Shown piece by piece: positions 39,040-56,528 of a stretch of 64,000 bases of DNA (positions are counted from its first letter, which is position 1; every line of letters begins with the position of its first letter). Under the pieces are notes generated by a model. That model ran no database searches, had not been told where the DNA came from, and saw nothing but the letters and a program-made list of their open reading frames with translations. The stretch covers positions 2,294,001-2,358,000 of the forward strand of contig JBHGNT010000001.1 in the NCBI GenBank assembly GCA_043228905.1. Direction: 5' to 3'. A program made the translations under genes and the position numbers. This DNA is from Azolla caroliniana (lineage: Eukaryota > Plantae > Polypodiophyta).

Positions 39040-39299
39040 TGATCCTTTATTAAATTGAATCAATTTCCCCAAAAAATAAATTTAATTGGGAGATATAATT
39101 GCCATTGGTATCAACCCATGGCAGGTTGGTGTTGAACCCTTTGCTTTGTGGCTTATCCCCAATCACTAGGCAGACATTCTCACTGGTATAAATGATCATT
39201 TTAACCTGATATGCTAAGAGATCATTTGCTTTTATACTCCATGCTGTATGTCAAGTCATTTGACAATTTCACATTTGTCGCGAGGAAATAAATGCAATT

Positions 39300-39622
39300 G
39301 ACAACAGGGGGATGAAGGAATTCTATGTCTAGGGAAGAACATAGCTTTTCAGACATCTTGCTTAGACAACATTAGATCATCGTCAATGCAGATGCCTATA
39401 TAGGGCACATGTCCATTTAGATTCAAGAGAAAATGTGATCGACAATTAAGGAATTTTATGCTCTCAACAATCTAGGGAAGAACATTACTTTTTGAACATG
39501 TTCTTGTTGTGGCGTAGACCATTTAGATTCAAGCAAATACACGATCGACAAGAATGGATGAAGGTATTCTGTTGCTCCTAAGAAGCACAAAGGAAGGACA
39601 TAGCTTTTCAGACATGTTCTTT
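39300..39622. repeat. ~105-140-bp-period degenerate triplication between the convergent PPR and S6K 3' ends
   Basis: Recurring GATCGACAA, GATGAAGG.ATTCT, AGGGAAGAACATAGCTTTTCAGACAT and CCATTTAGATTCAAG blocks. Confidence 0.75.
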
Positions 39623-40004
39623 AAACATGAATATTTTATCATTATACAAGATAGTCAAAATGATAAACAATAAAACATCAACTTAGACAAATTTTTAACT
39701 TGGATGCCAGTATTAGCCAGTATGAGAAAAAGGCTAATTTAGACAAAGTAACAGTAATAAAAAGGCAAAGGGAAGTAAAAGCATACCATAAAAAGCCCAT
39801 TTGAGCAGACATAGAGCTCTTTAACCAGTTTTAGATTTCGCTGGGGATCATAGTATTAAACAAATCATTAAGGCTGTGCCTAATTAAGCTAAGAGTTTGG
39901 CGCCACACACACACACATACACATACATACCCTTTGTAAGAAGCATGTACCATCAAGTCATGAAACCATATCATATAATGCAACAATATTACATTGAACC
40001 CATG

Positions 40005-44915
<4,911 letters not shown>

Positions 44916-44924
44916 TGAATAGGA

Positions 44925-45083
44925 TTATGTATATAAATATAAAATTCGGTTACTAATGGAGTAGACAGAGGAAGATGGGAGTAATCTTCCTCTGCGCCTT
45001 CGCGTTGTGGGACCGATGGTATCAGAGGTTGCCACAGATAGAATTGTGGCAGAGGACGAAGCAGAGGCGTAGATCAGACTCAT
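44925..45083 (-). other. Putative 52-aa uORF in the S6K leader
   Basis: ATG at 45083 and TAA ending at 44925, 9 nt before the S6K ATG. It lies downstream of a CT-rich leader-like tract (45090-45200); TSS unknown. Confidence 0.45.
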
Positions 45084-48000
45084 GAAGCGATGATAGATGG
45101 GGAAGAGAGACAGAGAGATGGGGAAGTGAGACAGAGAGATAGGGAAGAGAAACAGAGAGACAGAGAGAGAGGGAAGAAGGAAGAAGGAAGAGGGAATATG
45201 CGTAATCTTCTGTCTTTCTTCTTTCCTTGTTTCTGTGTATTTAGCGCTACCTCTAAATACAAGGCTAAAGTTAGGGGTAACGTTCTTTCTGTTTCTTCCT
45301 CTCTTTCCTTGATAGGAAACAAATCGATGCCCCCTTTGGGACGGACAGGCAAGCCTTTCCAAGTGTCTTTTTAATCCACCCCTCTCCGGGCTCCCTCAAA
45401 ACACACACGTTAATGACCCCAATGTTGCAAATGTTTCCGAGTTTCAAACTATTACTAAAACAAGCCGATGTGTCCATCACAAATCTCGATCAATTAGCAC
45501 AAGCAGGTCGCGGAGAGGCATTTCTGAAGAATTTCAACGCCTGTCATTATTGTGTGGTCGTGAGTCGGTGACATGTGGTAGAGAGAAAGAAAGAAAGAAA
45601 GATGTATTAACGTCTTCTAAGGCCAAATTTGGCCCATGAGACAATTGGTTTACAACAATAGAGTATTTATCCAGTCATCATAACTAAAATAAAATTAAGT
45701 AAAAAAATAGAACTTAAACTAAAAGAGTTCTAGTAGTGTACAATATGTAGTATACTCGAAAGTGACTATACACTAAGCCTAATTTTATTTCCACCCAAGC
45801 CTCTCGAAAAGAAGTGGGGGGTCAAAGGGTCTTGATGTGGGTTCCAATGTAGAGAGTGCCATAGCCATGGCTTCTAGGCGGTGTAGCTCACGTTCCCTTA
45901 TTTTCAATATTGCTTCCACATCACGTCGAGTTGCTTTGAAACCCGGCACCCGAGGACGTCTGGTTCTTCTCTGGTTTTCTGCCTCATCAATGGAAAGGCC
46001 GAGTGGTGCAAGTGTGTCGGCATTCGTTGTCTCCTCAGGTTCCTGAAAAACTGCATTTGTTACATGTTCGTGATCATTAGCAACATTATTGTCAACATTT
46101 TGTAATTTATTCTCTCTGTGTTGTTTTAGCTGTAGAATGTATTTGCCTAATTTCTTTATATCTAGAGTATCTAATAGTTTGGGGAGGGTGGGAGACGGAC
46201 CAAGTATGTCTTGGTATTTTGCCCTTATCTCGGCATAGGTTGGACACTTGCATGTAAAGTGGTACTCATCCTCTATCTCTATGTGACATAACCTACATAT
46301 CCTTTTCTCCCTAGGGACTCCACTAGTACGGCCATTTTCAATCTCAAGTTGGTGAGATGATATTCTAAGTTGTCCAATGGCAACCCTTAGTGCATGTGGT
46401 AAGAATACATCTAGATATTTTGGCCGCGTGATAAAACCTAACTCAGAGAAGTGCATGAAGTGTTTCTTATAGTACGACATTTTAGATGGGAGTGGCTCTA
46501 GTGGGCTGATCCATTTACACCGAGTGTAAATTTGCCATATTTCTTGGCGTATTACTTTATTGTGGTTCTCATGAGAGATTAAGGGGTTATCACTCGTGTG
46601 GTTGTACATAAGGGGAGGTAGGTTATTAATGTCTAGACCATTCGCAAGAAGCCAACTCACCATCATGCCATACCATGAGCTAGTATAGCCGGACTCATAC
46701 AATGATCGAGAGGCCTTAAAGGCTTGATGAGATATTCTATCATGTGGTTGGCTATGTATCTTATCAATGAAGACTACAAGTTGAAAAAGTGCATCTACTA
46801 GCATTGGGGGTAACGTGAACTCGGCCCTAATAATGTCATGTGGTACAGTCGATTTGCTTCGGAGTTGGCGTGATAGCATCATCACCAATGTTCTCTCTAA
46901 TTGCGTCCACATGAAGGATGGTAATCCTGGAGCCCAAACCGCTGATGCATACATGAGGGAGGGGGTCACTAATGAGTCAAAGAGCCACCCTTTAGTCCGT
47001 GGCTCTTGAAAGTGTGTTTGGTGGCATTGTCTCTCTAGGAGTGAGAGGGATGCATGTCCTTTCGTGAGTCTATCCTTCGCTGCCTGTGTCATCGAAAATT
47101 TACCTGAGCGGGCACTAAAAGTGACTCCGAGATAGACGTACGATCCAACCACCTCGACTGGGCTATGGGAGATAGTTAGGTGACACTTAGCTCTAACTTG
47201 GGCCGATTGTGGAAGATAAGGACTTTTGTTTTCCCTAGATTCACTACCAATCCTTGTTGTACACAAAAGTCATCTAAGGCATTAAGGTGCCTCTGTAGGT
47301 CGTGTTCGGATTCAGAGAGCAAAACTATGTCATCCGCATAGAGCAAGATACGAACCTGCGTATCCCCAAGGACCACTCCGGTGCCTCCCTCACGAGCAAT
47401 AAAATCTGTGATCTCATCAATGTAGATCCCAAAAAGCGTCGGTGATAGGGGGCAACCTTGTTTTACACCAATAGTGCTAGTGAAACGATTGGATAGGCCA
47501 CCTGGGCATCGGACACACCCGGACACTTGTTCATATAGTGCGTAGATGGCCCATACCATATCATCTGGTATCCTCAAGCTTTTAAGTCTATCAAACAACC
47601 GCTCTCTAGGGACTGTGTCAAAGGCTTTGCGGAAGTCCACAAAACAACAATATAATTTCTTCTTGCGAGCCTTAGTTTGGTCAATTAGGCATCTAAGTGT
47701 GAAGATATGATCAATAGTGGAGAAGGCTCGTCTAAAGCCAACTTGTTCAGGTGCACGAAGGTTTAGGGTCTCCATGTAGTCGCTAAGCTCTGCTTCCATT
47801 ACTGCACCATATAACTTAGCAAGGGTATGGCCTATCATAATGGTCCTATATGTATTTGGGTCCATGGGGTCCCCCCCTTTATGTATGGGGGCCACTGTAT
47901 TCATAGTCCACTGTGGTGGAAAACCCTCCGCAAGGGCACGATTGAAGATTAGAGTTAGCAAGGGAGCTAGGCACTCTCTCGCATATATAATGTGTTCTGC

Positions 48001-49032
48001 TCGCAATCCTGTGTGGTCCATGGACTTCCTATGTTGTAATTTCTTTATGACCTTCATGACCCTAGAGGTCGTGAAAAGTGTCCCCGTGGTAGGCCGGGGT
48101 GTGGAAGGCATTGGAAAGGGTGGTTGGTTTGGGATTTGGTAAAGTCTCTCTGTATATGTGTGCCAAGTTTCGGGATCTTCGATGGGTGTTTGTGGTCTTG
48201 GCTCCCGTAGTCTCTTCCATGCCGTGGCGCAATCGCTACTCATGAGCATATGGTAGAGTTCCCAGTATTGGGATGCCTCCCACGCTTGTCTCTTACGACG
48301 TGTCATCTTACGCATTTCTTTGCGAGCTTGTATGGAGGTAATACTACCATTGAGTTGCGATACTGTAAGTTGTCTATGTAGGTCCCTACAATCCTCGTCA
48401 TACCATTTATTTTGTGGCATTGATCCTGATCTACCTTGATTTGAGTGTTTTGTATATGGGAAACTGCTAGCTGCTGCGGAGTGAAGGATGTGTGTGAGTT
48501 TTGTACTAAGGCTTTCTAACGGTAGGGAGGGATCAATGGAGGGGAGATGGGCCTGAACATGTTGAGAGTATATGTCAGAGAGCTCATGTGTGAAATGTAT
48601 TGTGGTGTGATGGCATGGTTGACTAGACTTGGTGACCTTAGAGATATCACATTTTAGCTCGAAGTATAAGAAACTATGGTCTGCGCCAATAGGGCATGGG
48701 GCCACTCGGAAGGAGTTAATCATGTGGGTAGCTTCAGGGCGCCCTATTAGATAGTCAACTGTGCTTTCCCCTCCTCCATGTGGGAAACATGTGAGCTCTT
48801 CCAAGTCCGGCCACTTAGCTAAACCATTATATATGATCATATGGTGCCGACTGCCAAGTTCAAGCAGATGATGGCCAAAGCTCGTGGCGTCCGCACCTTG
48901 ATCCTTTGATCTACGTGTGGTGCCTATGTCTAAAGGATCAACATTTACCATTTCTAGGTTTCTATTCATCTGAAATACTGTGCATTGTCGGGATTGGGTT
49001 CTCGCATTGAAGTCTCCTACAAGAAATACTTC

Positions 49033-49355
49033 TGTTTCATATGTTCCCAATTGATTAAGAAACCACTAGCTTCTCGGTCGGTGCGACTTGAAGTTTGACT
49101 ACATGGGGGAGTCCCTTGGCCTCATATTTCGGTAGAAAAACTCCGCGAGGTAAAGTTGAGGCGCCGAAGAGCAGGGTGAGAGAGATCTACTTAAGAGGGG
49201 ACCCCAGCAGAGGTGCAACTGGGCAACGGGAGGATTCCGAAAAGCCCTTTACTACTTCGGTAAAAAGAACCACTAAGGTTAGGTCACTAAATTCTAACTG
49301 AGCGATGCACGGTGACCTGGAATTACATAAATAATATATTCTTTTTCTCCTTCGT
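49033..49355 (+). other. ~320-bp insertion in the LINE endonuclease; resembles the 5' part of a group II intron (NUMT/NUPT-like)
   Basis: Removing it rejoins ...RYSSQG|EVFLVGDFNART in frame. It contains GTGCGACTTG at 49081 and several pairing stems and tetraloops. The insertion is well supported; its identity is inferred. Confidence 0.55.
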
Positions 49356-50180
49356 TCCTTGGGAAGAATATCGGATTATGTCATCCGATAGGGGTTCGTA
49401 TGGAGAAGGCCCATGTGACATTCCTTCATCGACTAATCTCGTCAAGCCACTAATATTATAACGGGATCCTTTTGGAGGAAAGTAACAAATGGCGAAAAAT
49501 ACTGCATGGTCTTTGCTTGTGGAGACTTTCACCCACATAAAACGAGCTTCTGGGTCTATCTTCATTATTTCTATCCTATTATGTAGCTCTCTACGAAATA
49601 GTATCGCGACACCTCCAGATCCCCTAGTAGTGTGTCGACGTGAGGTTTGTCTAAAAGCGGACTCCCAACGGAATCCTTCGACCCGTGGGAGTCCTCTATT
49701 TGGGCTCTGATATGTTTCTACCAAGAAAAGTATATCAGATACCTTTAGTATCTCCTCTAGGCGGCCGGGGTGTGCCCAAAGTGCGCCATTACAATTCCAT
49801 AGGGTCATCCTAAGTGCATTTTCTGTCACATGGGCCACACGCCGTCAGTTAGCCACACGCCGTCAGTTAGTCATGGTCACCACAAGATTTGAAGGGGAAG
49901 GGGGGTGGAGGGGGGGGCATGGCCATGGGGGATCATAACTCAGTGTCTCGTCCTGTAGAGAGTGTGGCGTGCGACGAACCAGAAAGAAATGAGTTTGGAT
50001 GGGTCTAAATAAGTATTAGCCAACGAGCGCGAATGTCTTTGACGCACGGGCGCCCCATGGATTCGAGCATTCTTGCTTGATTCAATCCATACACACGCAC
50101 GCACTCTTGAGGCCCGAGCACTCTCTCGCAACACAGAATCGCTCAGTATGTTCCCAGTGTCCACCTCCTCGTCTTCATCT

Positions 50181-50378
50181 TTGGTCGGACATTTCTGAAG
50201 TCTGTTGCCGGGCATTGCCAGAGTCTAGTTGCCGGGCATTGCCAAAGTCTAGTTGCCGGACATTTCCGGAGTCTGTTGGCCGGACATTTCCAGGGTCTAG
50301 TTGCCGGACATTTCCGGAGTCTTGTTGCCCGGACATTTCCGGAATCGGTTGGCCGGCCATTTCCAGAGTGGTGGCCGG
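50181..50378. repeat. 24-bp tandem repeat x~8 at the LINE 5' region
   Basis: Unit GTTGCCGGACATTTCCGGAGTCTA; reads as SGNVRQLD repeats on the minus strand. An 18-bp duplication GCCACACGCCGTCAGTTA lies at 49834-49869. Confidence 0.9.
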
Positions 50379-50627
50379 TCTAAGGTGCCGCCTGCCGCCA
50401 TTGCCCACAGATATCTCCGAGAGGAAGACTTGGCTTCTTCTTCTTCCATGTGAGCTGAGAAGGCCTGCGTATATATGTATATACATATAGGCTGACTGAG
50501 AGGGTTTAGGGTTTCGCCTGCTGTTATGTGATTCTCTGAGAGATTGTTGCAGGTATTATACATACTGTCATGGTGTTTCCGAGCTACAAGAAAACAATGC
50601 CGAAGAAGTCGTAAAACCCTTCTTCAC

Positions 50628-50658
<31 letters not shown>

Positions 50659-51390
50659 CTTTACTCCCAGCCATGTCGCCTCTCCACTCCCTTCCCTTCC
50701 AACTCCGCTCCAGCTCTTGTGCTGAAAACAGCGAAGAAATATATTCTCCCACGTCCGTTTCCCTGCGTTCTCTCTCCTCATGACGAAGCATCCAAACAGA
50801 ACCAACTAAGGGACTAGGAAACATCAGTAAGTTTCTGTGTGTATCTTTCATCAAACTGTAAATGTATGACTACTTCGAGGAATTCTCCTTCAATTCTTTA
50901 TTCCCAAGAAACACAACGACGCGTGAGTATTAGATGATTCTTTGAGAATTCCTCTTCAAGAATACTTTCGAATTGGAAGCGCAAGATTGTGTCTAGCAAG
51001 CGGAGAAGAAGCACAAGAATTCTTAGTTGTATGATTTCATGAGAAATTATTCAGCTCATTAGGCATTATTCAAAACTATATATTATCATCATCAAAGAAT
51101 CCGTTTGGAAATTATCAGGCATTATGTAAAAGGTGATGCTCACAAGATCAAGCAAAGATTCATTTGGTTGTGTTCTTCTGTTACTCCTTTCTGATTTCTT
51201 TAGTCTATTAGGGGCTTTCAAGAAGATTTCATTTCCATTTCAATCAAGTTTGCTCTTCATCTCTCTTAAAAGACAATTCAAACTTTGTTATAGTTCTTTC
51301 TCCTCTCAAAAGAGAAATTTTGCTTGTTTCTCCCCCACAAGAAGAAAGCTCAACACTTCCTAGGGAATTCTAAAGGAATCCATTGTCTTA

Positions 51391-54300
51391 ATGGTTACAA
51401 CATCATACACGTCATCCTCCAAAGAGATTATTGTGGTAACAAAGATCTCACCTGATCAACATGTCGAAGATTCTTCCAGGAATACAGAGCTTGAGTTTGA
51501 ACCAAGTGCAGAGGTATTTCATCCGCATCCCATAAGTTCAGGTAGATTTGAGCAAAAGGATGAAATCTCAGACAGATTCCAAAAAGAAGGTGATGAGGGG
51601 ATATTGTTGGCTGGGAAATATTTTCTTCCACCTGGCTTCAGATTCCATCCTACAGATCAAGAGCTTGTTCTGTATTATCTTAAACGGAAGATATGTGGTC
51701 TCAAGATGGAGCTTGATGTTATTGCAGAAATCGACATGTATGAATTTGAACCATGGGGACTTCACGGTAAGAAATCTTGGAATTTTTATATGTAATTCTA
51801 TGAAGTGGTGTTTTTCTTGATTGTTGTGGATGTTGAGGTATATTCACACGTTTCGTGAATGCTCATAACAATTGTTGATACATGTCAGAATTAAATTTGA
51901 AATATTTACTTTATTTTTTTGGTTATGGGTTTTTATGTAGTATAGCTCAACATGGATGTGTAATTATTCACATTTCATGAATGCTTAAGATTGTCATCGA
52001 TGCATGTCAGAATGAAGATAAATATTTGTAATTGTTATCAATATGTCTATTTTCCATGATCCTCAGATAAAATTGTATCCTATATCCTCATTTTCAATTT
52101 TCAATTATGTCTCTCATAACATGGAAAATGGTATTATACTTCCTTGGGTAACACTTTTCATTTAGTAATCACATCAGATCATGTTCCATGGACAAGATGT
52201 TTATTTAAAATGTTTGACTCGGTTTAAAAACTTAATACAAAGAAGAAAGTAACGTTTAAATAATTTTAATTCTATTCCATCTATTAATGATATATGGTAA
52301 AGTTACATGAACCTGATTTTTGAATTATTTTGTATTTCATGTAATCTATCTACTAAATATTTCGAGAGCATTGTACTGAGGTAAAACTGTATCCAATCTC
52401 CGTGCATTCAAGTTTCAATTACGTCTCTTATAACATGACAAATGGTATTATACTTCCGTGGGTAACACTACCCACTTTTCATTCGGTAAAATAATAACAC
52501 CTGATCATGTTCCATGGACAAAATTTGTAAATTTAAAATATGTATGTGACCCAGTTAAAACTTTATCAACATTACTGTTAGAGTGTAATAATTTTTACTA
52601 CCCACTTTTCATTTGGTAAAATAAGCACCTGATCTTGCTCCATAGACAAAATTTGTAAATATAAAATATGTGACCCAGTTAAATAAAATATTAACGTCAC
52701 TATTAGAGTTAATAAATTTTTGCTTCGACACATTAAAGAAAAATGTCAATGTGATCATATACTACAATGATGAATCAAAGAATCTGTATCTGGTTACTTG
52801 TGTATAAATACATAAACCCAGATATCAATTTCTCGTTTACATTGCAGTCAACCAATGTTTTGGTACATTTGTAGGTGATCAAGTGACATTATGTATTACC
52901 ATTGAAGGGTGATAAATTTGTTATGTCTACATGTTGTGTTAGAATCGTTTTGGTTGAGAACGCAAATAAAATTAATGCGAGTTTCTATTGTAAATGGTAA
53001 AGCAAAGAAGAAGCTTTAAAATACATCCAATAGTAATATGGATTAAGATTGTAATTATGTTACATATTGCTTGCCGAGTTCACCTTTTATATGAAGAGAG
53101 CAAAATATCGACTTGAAACCCTACTGTAAATCATGAAGCCATAAAGACCACATCCATTAAGGTTTCTCGAATGTACTTCTCAATGATACCGTGGACAAAG
53201 TCTTCTGTGTTTTATGTTCTGTTTGAAGATTATATCCTGCAATTATCATGGTTGTTCTCCTCCATTTTTATGTCATTGCAGAGGTTTCCTGTCTCCAAAC
53301 AAAAGATTTGCAATGGTACTTCTTTTGTCCTAAAGTTCGGAAATATCCTAAAGGTAACCGTGAAAATAGAGTGACTCCACAGGGGCGATGGAAACCTTCA
53401 GGAAAAGATAGGTCAATATTTTCTGGTAAAAGATTAGCAGGAACAAGGAAGTGCTTGATATATTATGACAGGAGAAGCAAGAAAGAAGAGAGAACTGATT
53501 GGGTCATGCATGAATTTCGGCTTACTGATGAAGAAAGTCAGAGATTCAAAACAAATCAGGTAGCTTTTGTTTATTTTCTCTTATCAGGAAGTGTTAAATT
53601 CCAAAATTCAAGTGCTTATTTTCTCATGATATTCACAAAGCACACGGTTTCATTGTTAAAATCTGAAATTGATGTGCTTGCCTTTTAATTTATGTATGGC
53701 ACCCACAAAACTCCTGATTGTTTGTTAAATTGTGTATGCTTATGCGGAATCATCTCGTCATTAATGTCAATCTTGCATAATGTTTTTCCGAGTGTTTGAT
53801 CCTACATAACTAACTAAATGCTAGATCATGCTAGATGCTACATATGCCGATTAGTCTGAATTGGCTTCACCCGGGAGATTGGCTTGGTATGAATGTTAGG
53901 TTAATCACACTTGTCATTTTAAATTTTAATTTATTTTATGAGGGTCTCTCCTAATCATGTAACTAACTATGATTGATAAGGAAATAAAATAGAAGCTAGA
54001 GATACATCTCACCAACCCAACCATATCCCCCGGTCTGAGGCTGATCAGCCTGTCAGAAGCTCAAGCACATCAAATACTATCTTAGAGACGACTGATGTAT
54101 CCATGTCAAGAGAGGATGAAGAAACCATAATGAAAAATAAAATGTGCATTGGCCTATTTCATTACAAAGTTATGAATTAGCATTATCATACACAACCTTC
54201 ATAACAGTAGTTAAAATTGCATTCTCATGAAAGCTTTTTACTGCAGAACAATTTCGTGCTGTGTCGGGTTTTCAAGAAAAGTGGCCGTGGCTCAAAACTA

Positions 54301-54708
54301 GGTGAACAGTATGGGGCTCCAATGGAGAATGATGAAATGGAATTCGTTTATGAAACAAAACAAATGGATGGTTATGTCTCAGACAACTATAAGGTGGGTC
54401 AGATGAATGCAAGTTTAGGCATTAAAGAATGTAAACTTGTGGATATTTCTAATGATGATGACAGCCCCTCAGATTCAACTGATACAGAGGTATTTTCTTG
54501 GGAAAAACTTTGAAGTACCCCGGGCTTTTTGTTGAAGTACCCCGGGGTGTTTTGAAGTTTTTCACTATAATTGTTTGTTTCGGTCATGGAGACACTGCTT
54601 TTGCTCACGGTTAATGACAGTTATTGATCACCATTCAAGAGATTAATCACAGTATCTTCCCCAATTCAGGCACATAAGCATTTTCTTGTGAATTTGTCTC
54701 ATCAGTAG
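51391..54708 (+). CDS. NAC-domain transcription factor (ANAC053/078/082-like motif), ~300-310 aa
   Basis: Exons 51391-51766, 53282-53559, 54247-54489 and a tentative last exon 54670-54708 (alternatively read-through to the stop at 54513). Motifs [64 protein letters not shown]. Confidence 0.88.
51828..52722. repeat. Nested local duplications in NAC intron 1
   Basis: Pairs ~51828-51907/51954-52028, ~52063-52210/52376-52540 and ~52468-52595/52596-52722 share long words such as AAATGGTATTATACTTCC, CTACCCACTTTTCATT and GACAAAATTTGTAAAT. Confidence 0.75.
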
Positions 54709-56528
54709 GCACATTTCTTTAAATATTTGACTGTCTCTAGAACATGTTTAATGAGCTTTTATGTTTTGCCTGTGGTAACTTCAGTAGCTTTTCAGTTGCT
54801 CGATTATGTTGTGATCTTTATGGATAGAACATTTTATGATGCGAGGCACACTTTGATTCTATGACAAATACCTAAAAAGTTTTGGAAACTAATTAGCTAG
54901 TGTTCAGGAACCAGAATTGATGGGGAGTAACAGAAGAATGTTTCATCAACAAACATGTCATTGTAATGGGTGTCTCTTCGTTAAATAATAGGAGTGACAA
55001 CTATGATAATGATATTTGATTTCAATTGTTTGGTAGCAATTTTCCTTCGTTGAATGTGTCTCTATTTTATATACATTCTATACACTATAATGGGGCAAGA
55101 AAGGCATTGGCGATCATGGAATGTTAACGATTAGTTCACAAAACACACATCTGTGTGATATGATTGCACTATTTTTCACCAATTTAGTAAACAGTCATTT
55201 ATTTCCGTGTATGGAAGACTTTCTACTAAAGCTCTAATCAATTTGCTTGTTTTTACATGTGTCATGATATGCGTAAGATAGTAATTTTCTGTTATGATAT
55301 TTCATACAACAATTTTAAAATAAAATTTGCCTAATGGGTAATCCAAGACTATTAATAACAATGCAAGATATAACTCTATTGCTACACCTTGTCTCATTTG
55401 TATATGTATATACTAGTATTCAAACAGCATTGGCAAATGTCCTCTTGATGTGGTGGATGGTTGTCTGTGTCTGCTGTTGTAGTTTGTAGCCCACCATTTC
55501 CATTACTTTGTATGAAAGCATGGGTCACATTTGATGACTTGTATCTCTAGTCTCAACACATAATAAGGTCATGTTCACCTTATGAAGGAGAAAGAGGGAA
55601 AAATGTACTGGATTTTGAAAGCCTTGCAATCAAAAGATCCACTCACATTGAACTTTGAAAGAAGCAGCTATTTTTTTTATACTTTCTTCCTCAAGTCCCA
55701 ATCATGTTATGTTGTATGGTATCCTTGGAAAGAAACCTTCCACGTGGAAAAGGCATAACTTTTTGTTTGGATTAGATAGATGTCTCTATAGAGAGAAGAA
55801 GTGTAAAAGATATCCTCACACATGAAAGTGTGATGGACACTTTTCTTGGGAAGATTATAATAATCAACCATCAACAAAAGCAATAGAACAGTACAATCTT
55901 GCTTCATGCCTTTTGGGATCGTTGTTATAATCAGTAACGTTGGTTTCTTGCTAGATTTGAAGTATTTATATAAACATAGACTACAAGATATTACCATCTC
56001 TCTTCTCACCCTTTTCTAAAATGACAATACCCATCTCCCTTTTCACCCTTCTGTAAAATGACAATATCGGTTGGACAGATCTAATGACTAATAGGGCTGC
56101 TATATCTTTCCCTTATGACAATAAAAAACCTTTTTCAATGTTGCTATTCGACTCTACAGTTGTTTTGAGGCATGATCATGCAAACTGATTCATGGATGGC
56201 AGTTAGACATAGAAACAACCAAAAAGTCTCACAATGCCCACAAAACCAACTACCTCACTATGATGTTAAGGGGCAAATCACACACATCCATCAATGGAAA
56301 TATATTCCAGAATGTGAAACGTACAGTTCACTCAATCTTGAACTTGTATTCATTCCATCAACGGTAGACATGAAGTTCAATTTTTAAGTTTATTCTATTA
56401 GCAGTTGCAAGGAAAGTTTGTTATGATAGTCATGAGTATGGAACAATGGATATGAATATATATATATACAGTCCATTTATGTACTATATATAAGCTCACT
56501 CTAAAAATACTCGTAAATGTACTAATAT

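Larger units (their letters stand above)
45785..50500 (-). mobile_element. Near-complete non-LTR retrotransposon (APE endonuclease - RT - C-terminal CCHC; RTE/RTEX-like), disrupted by one insertion and one frameshift
   Basis: EN: TLWNCNG, FLVET, GSGGVAIL, CYFPP (49838-49356), then VGDFNART, STVDYL, ADH. RT: QVGFR, FVDFRKAFD, GVKQGCPLSPTLF, LLYADD. Single-base frameshift near 47207 (IFH/SAQVRAK), then YVYLG and LRISSHQLEIENGR..RICRLC..EDEYHF..C. The 5' boundary and 3' tail are not resolved. Confidence 0.92.

Noticed and set aside
49033-49355. Spliceosomal intron in the LINE ORF
   Set aside because: The insert ends are not GT-AG on the LINE strand, and the nearest GT/AG pair would not restore the reading frame.
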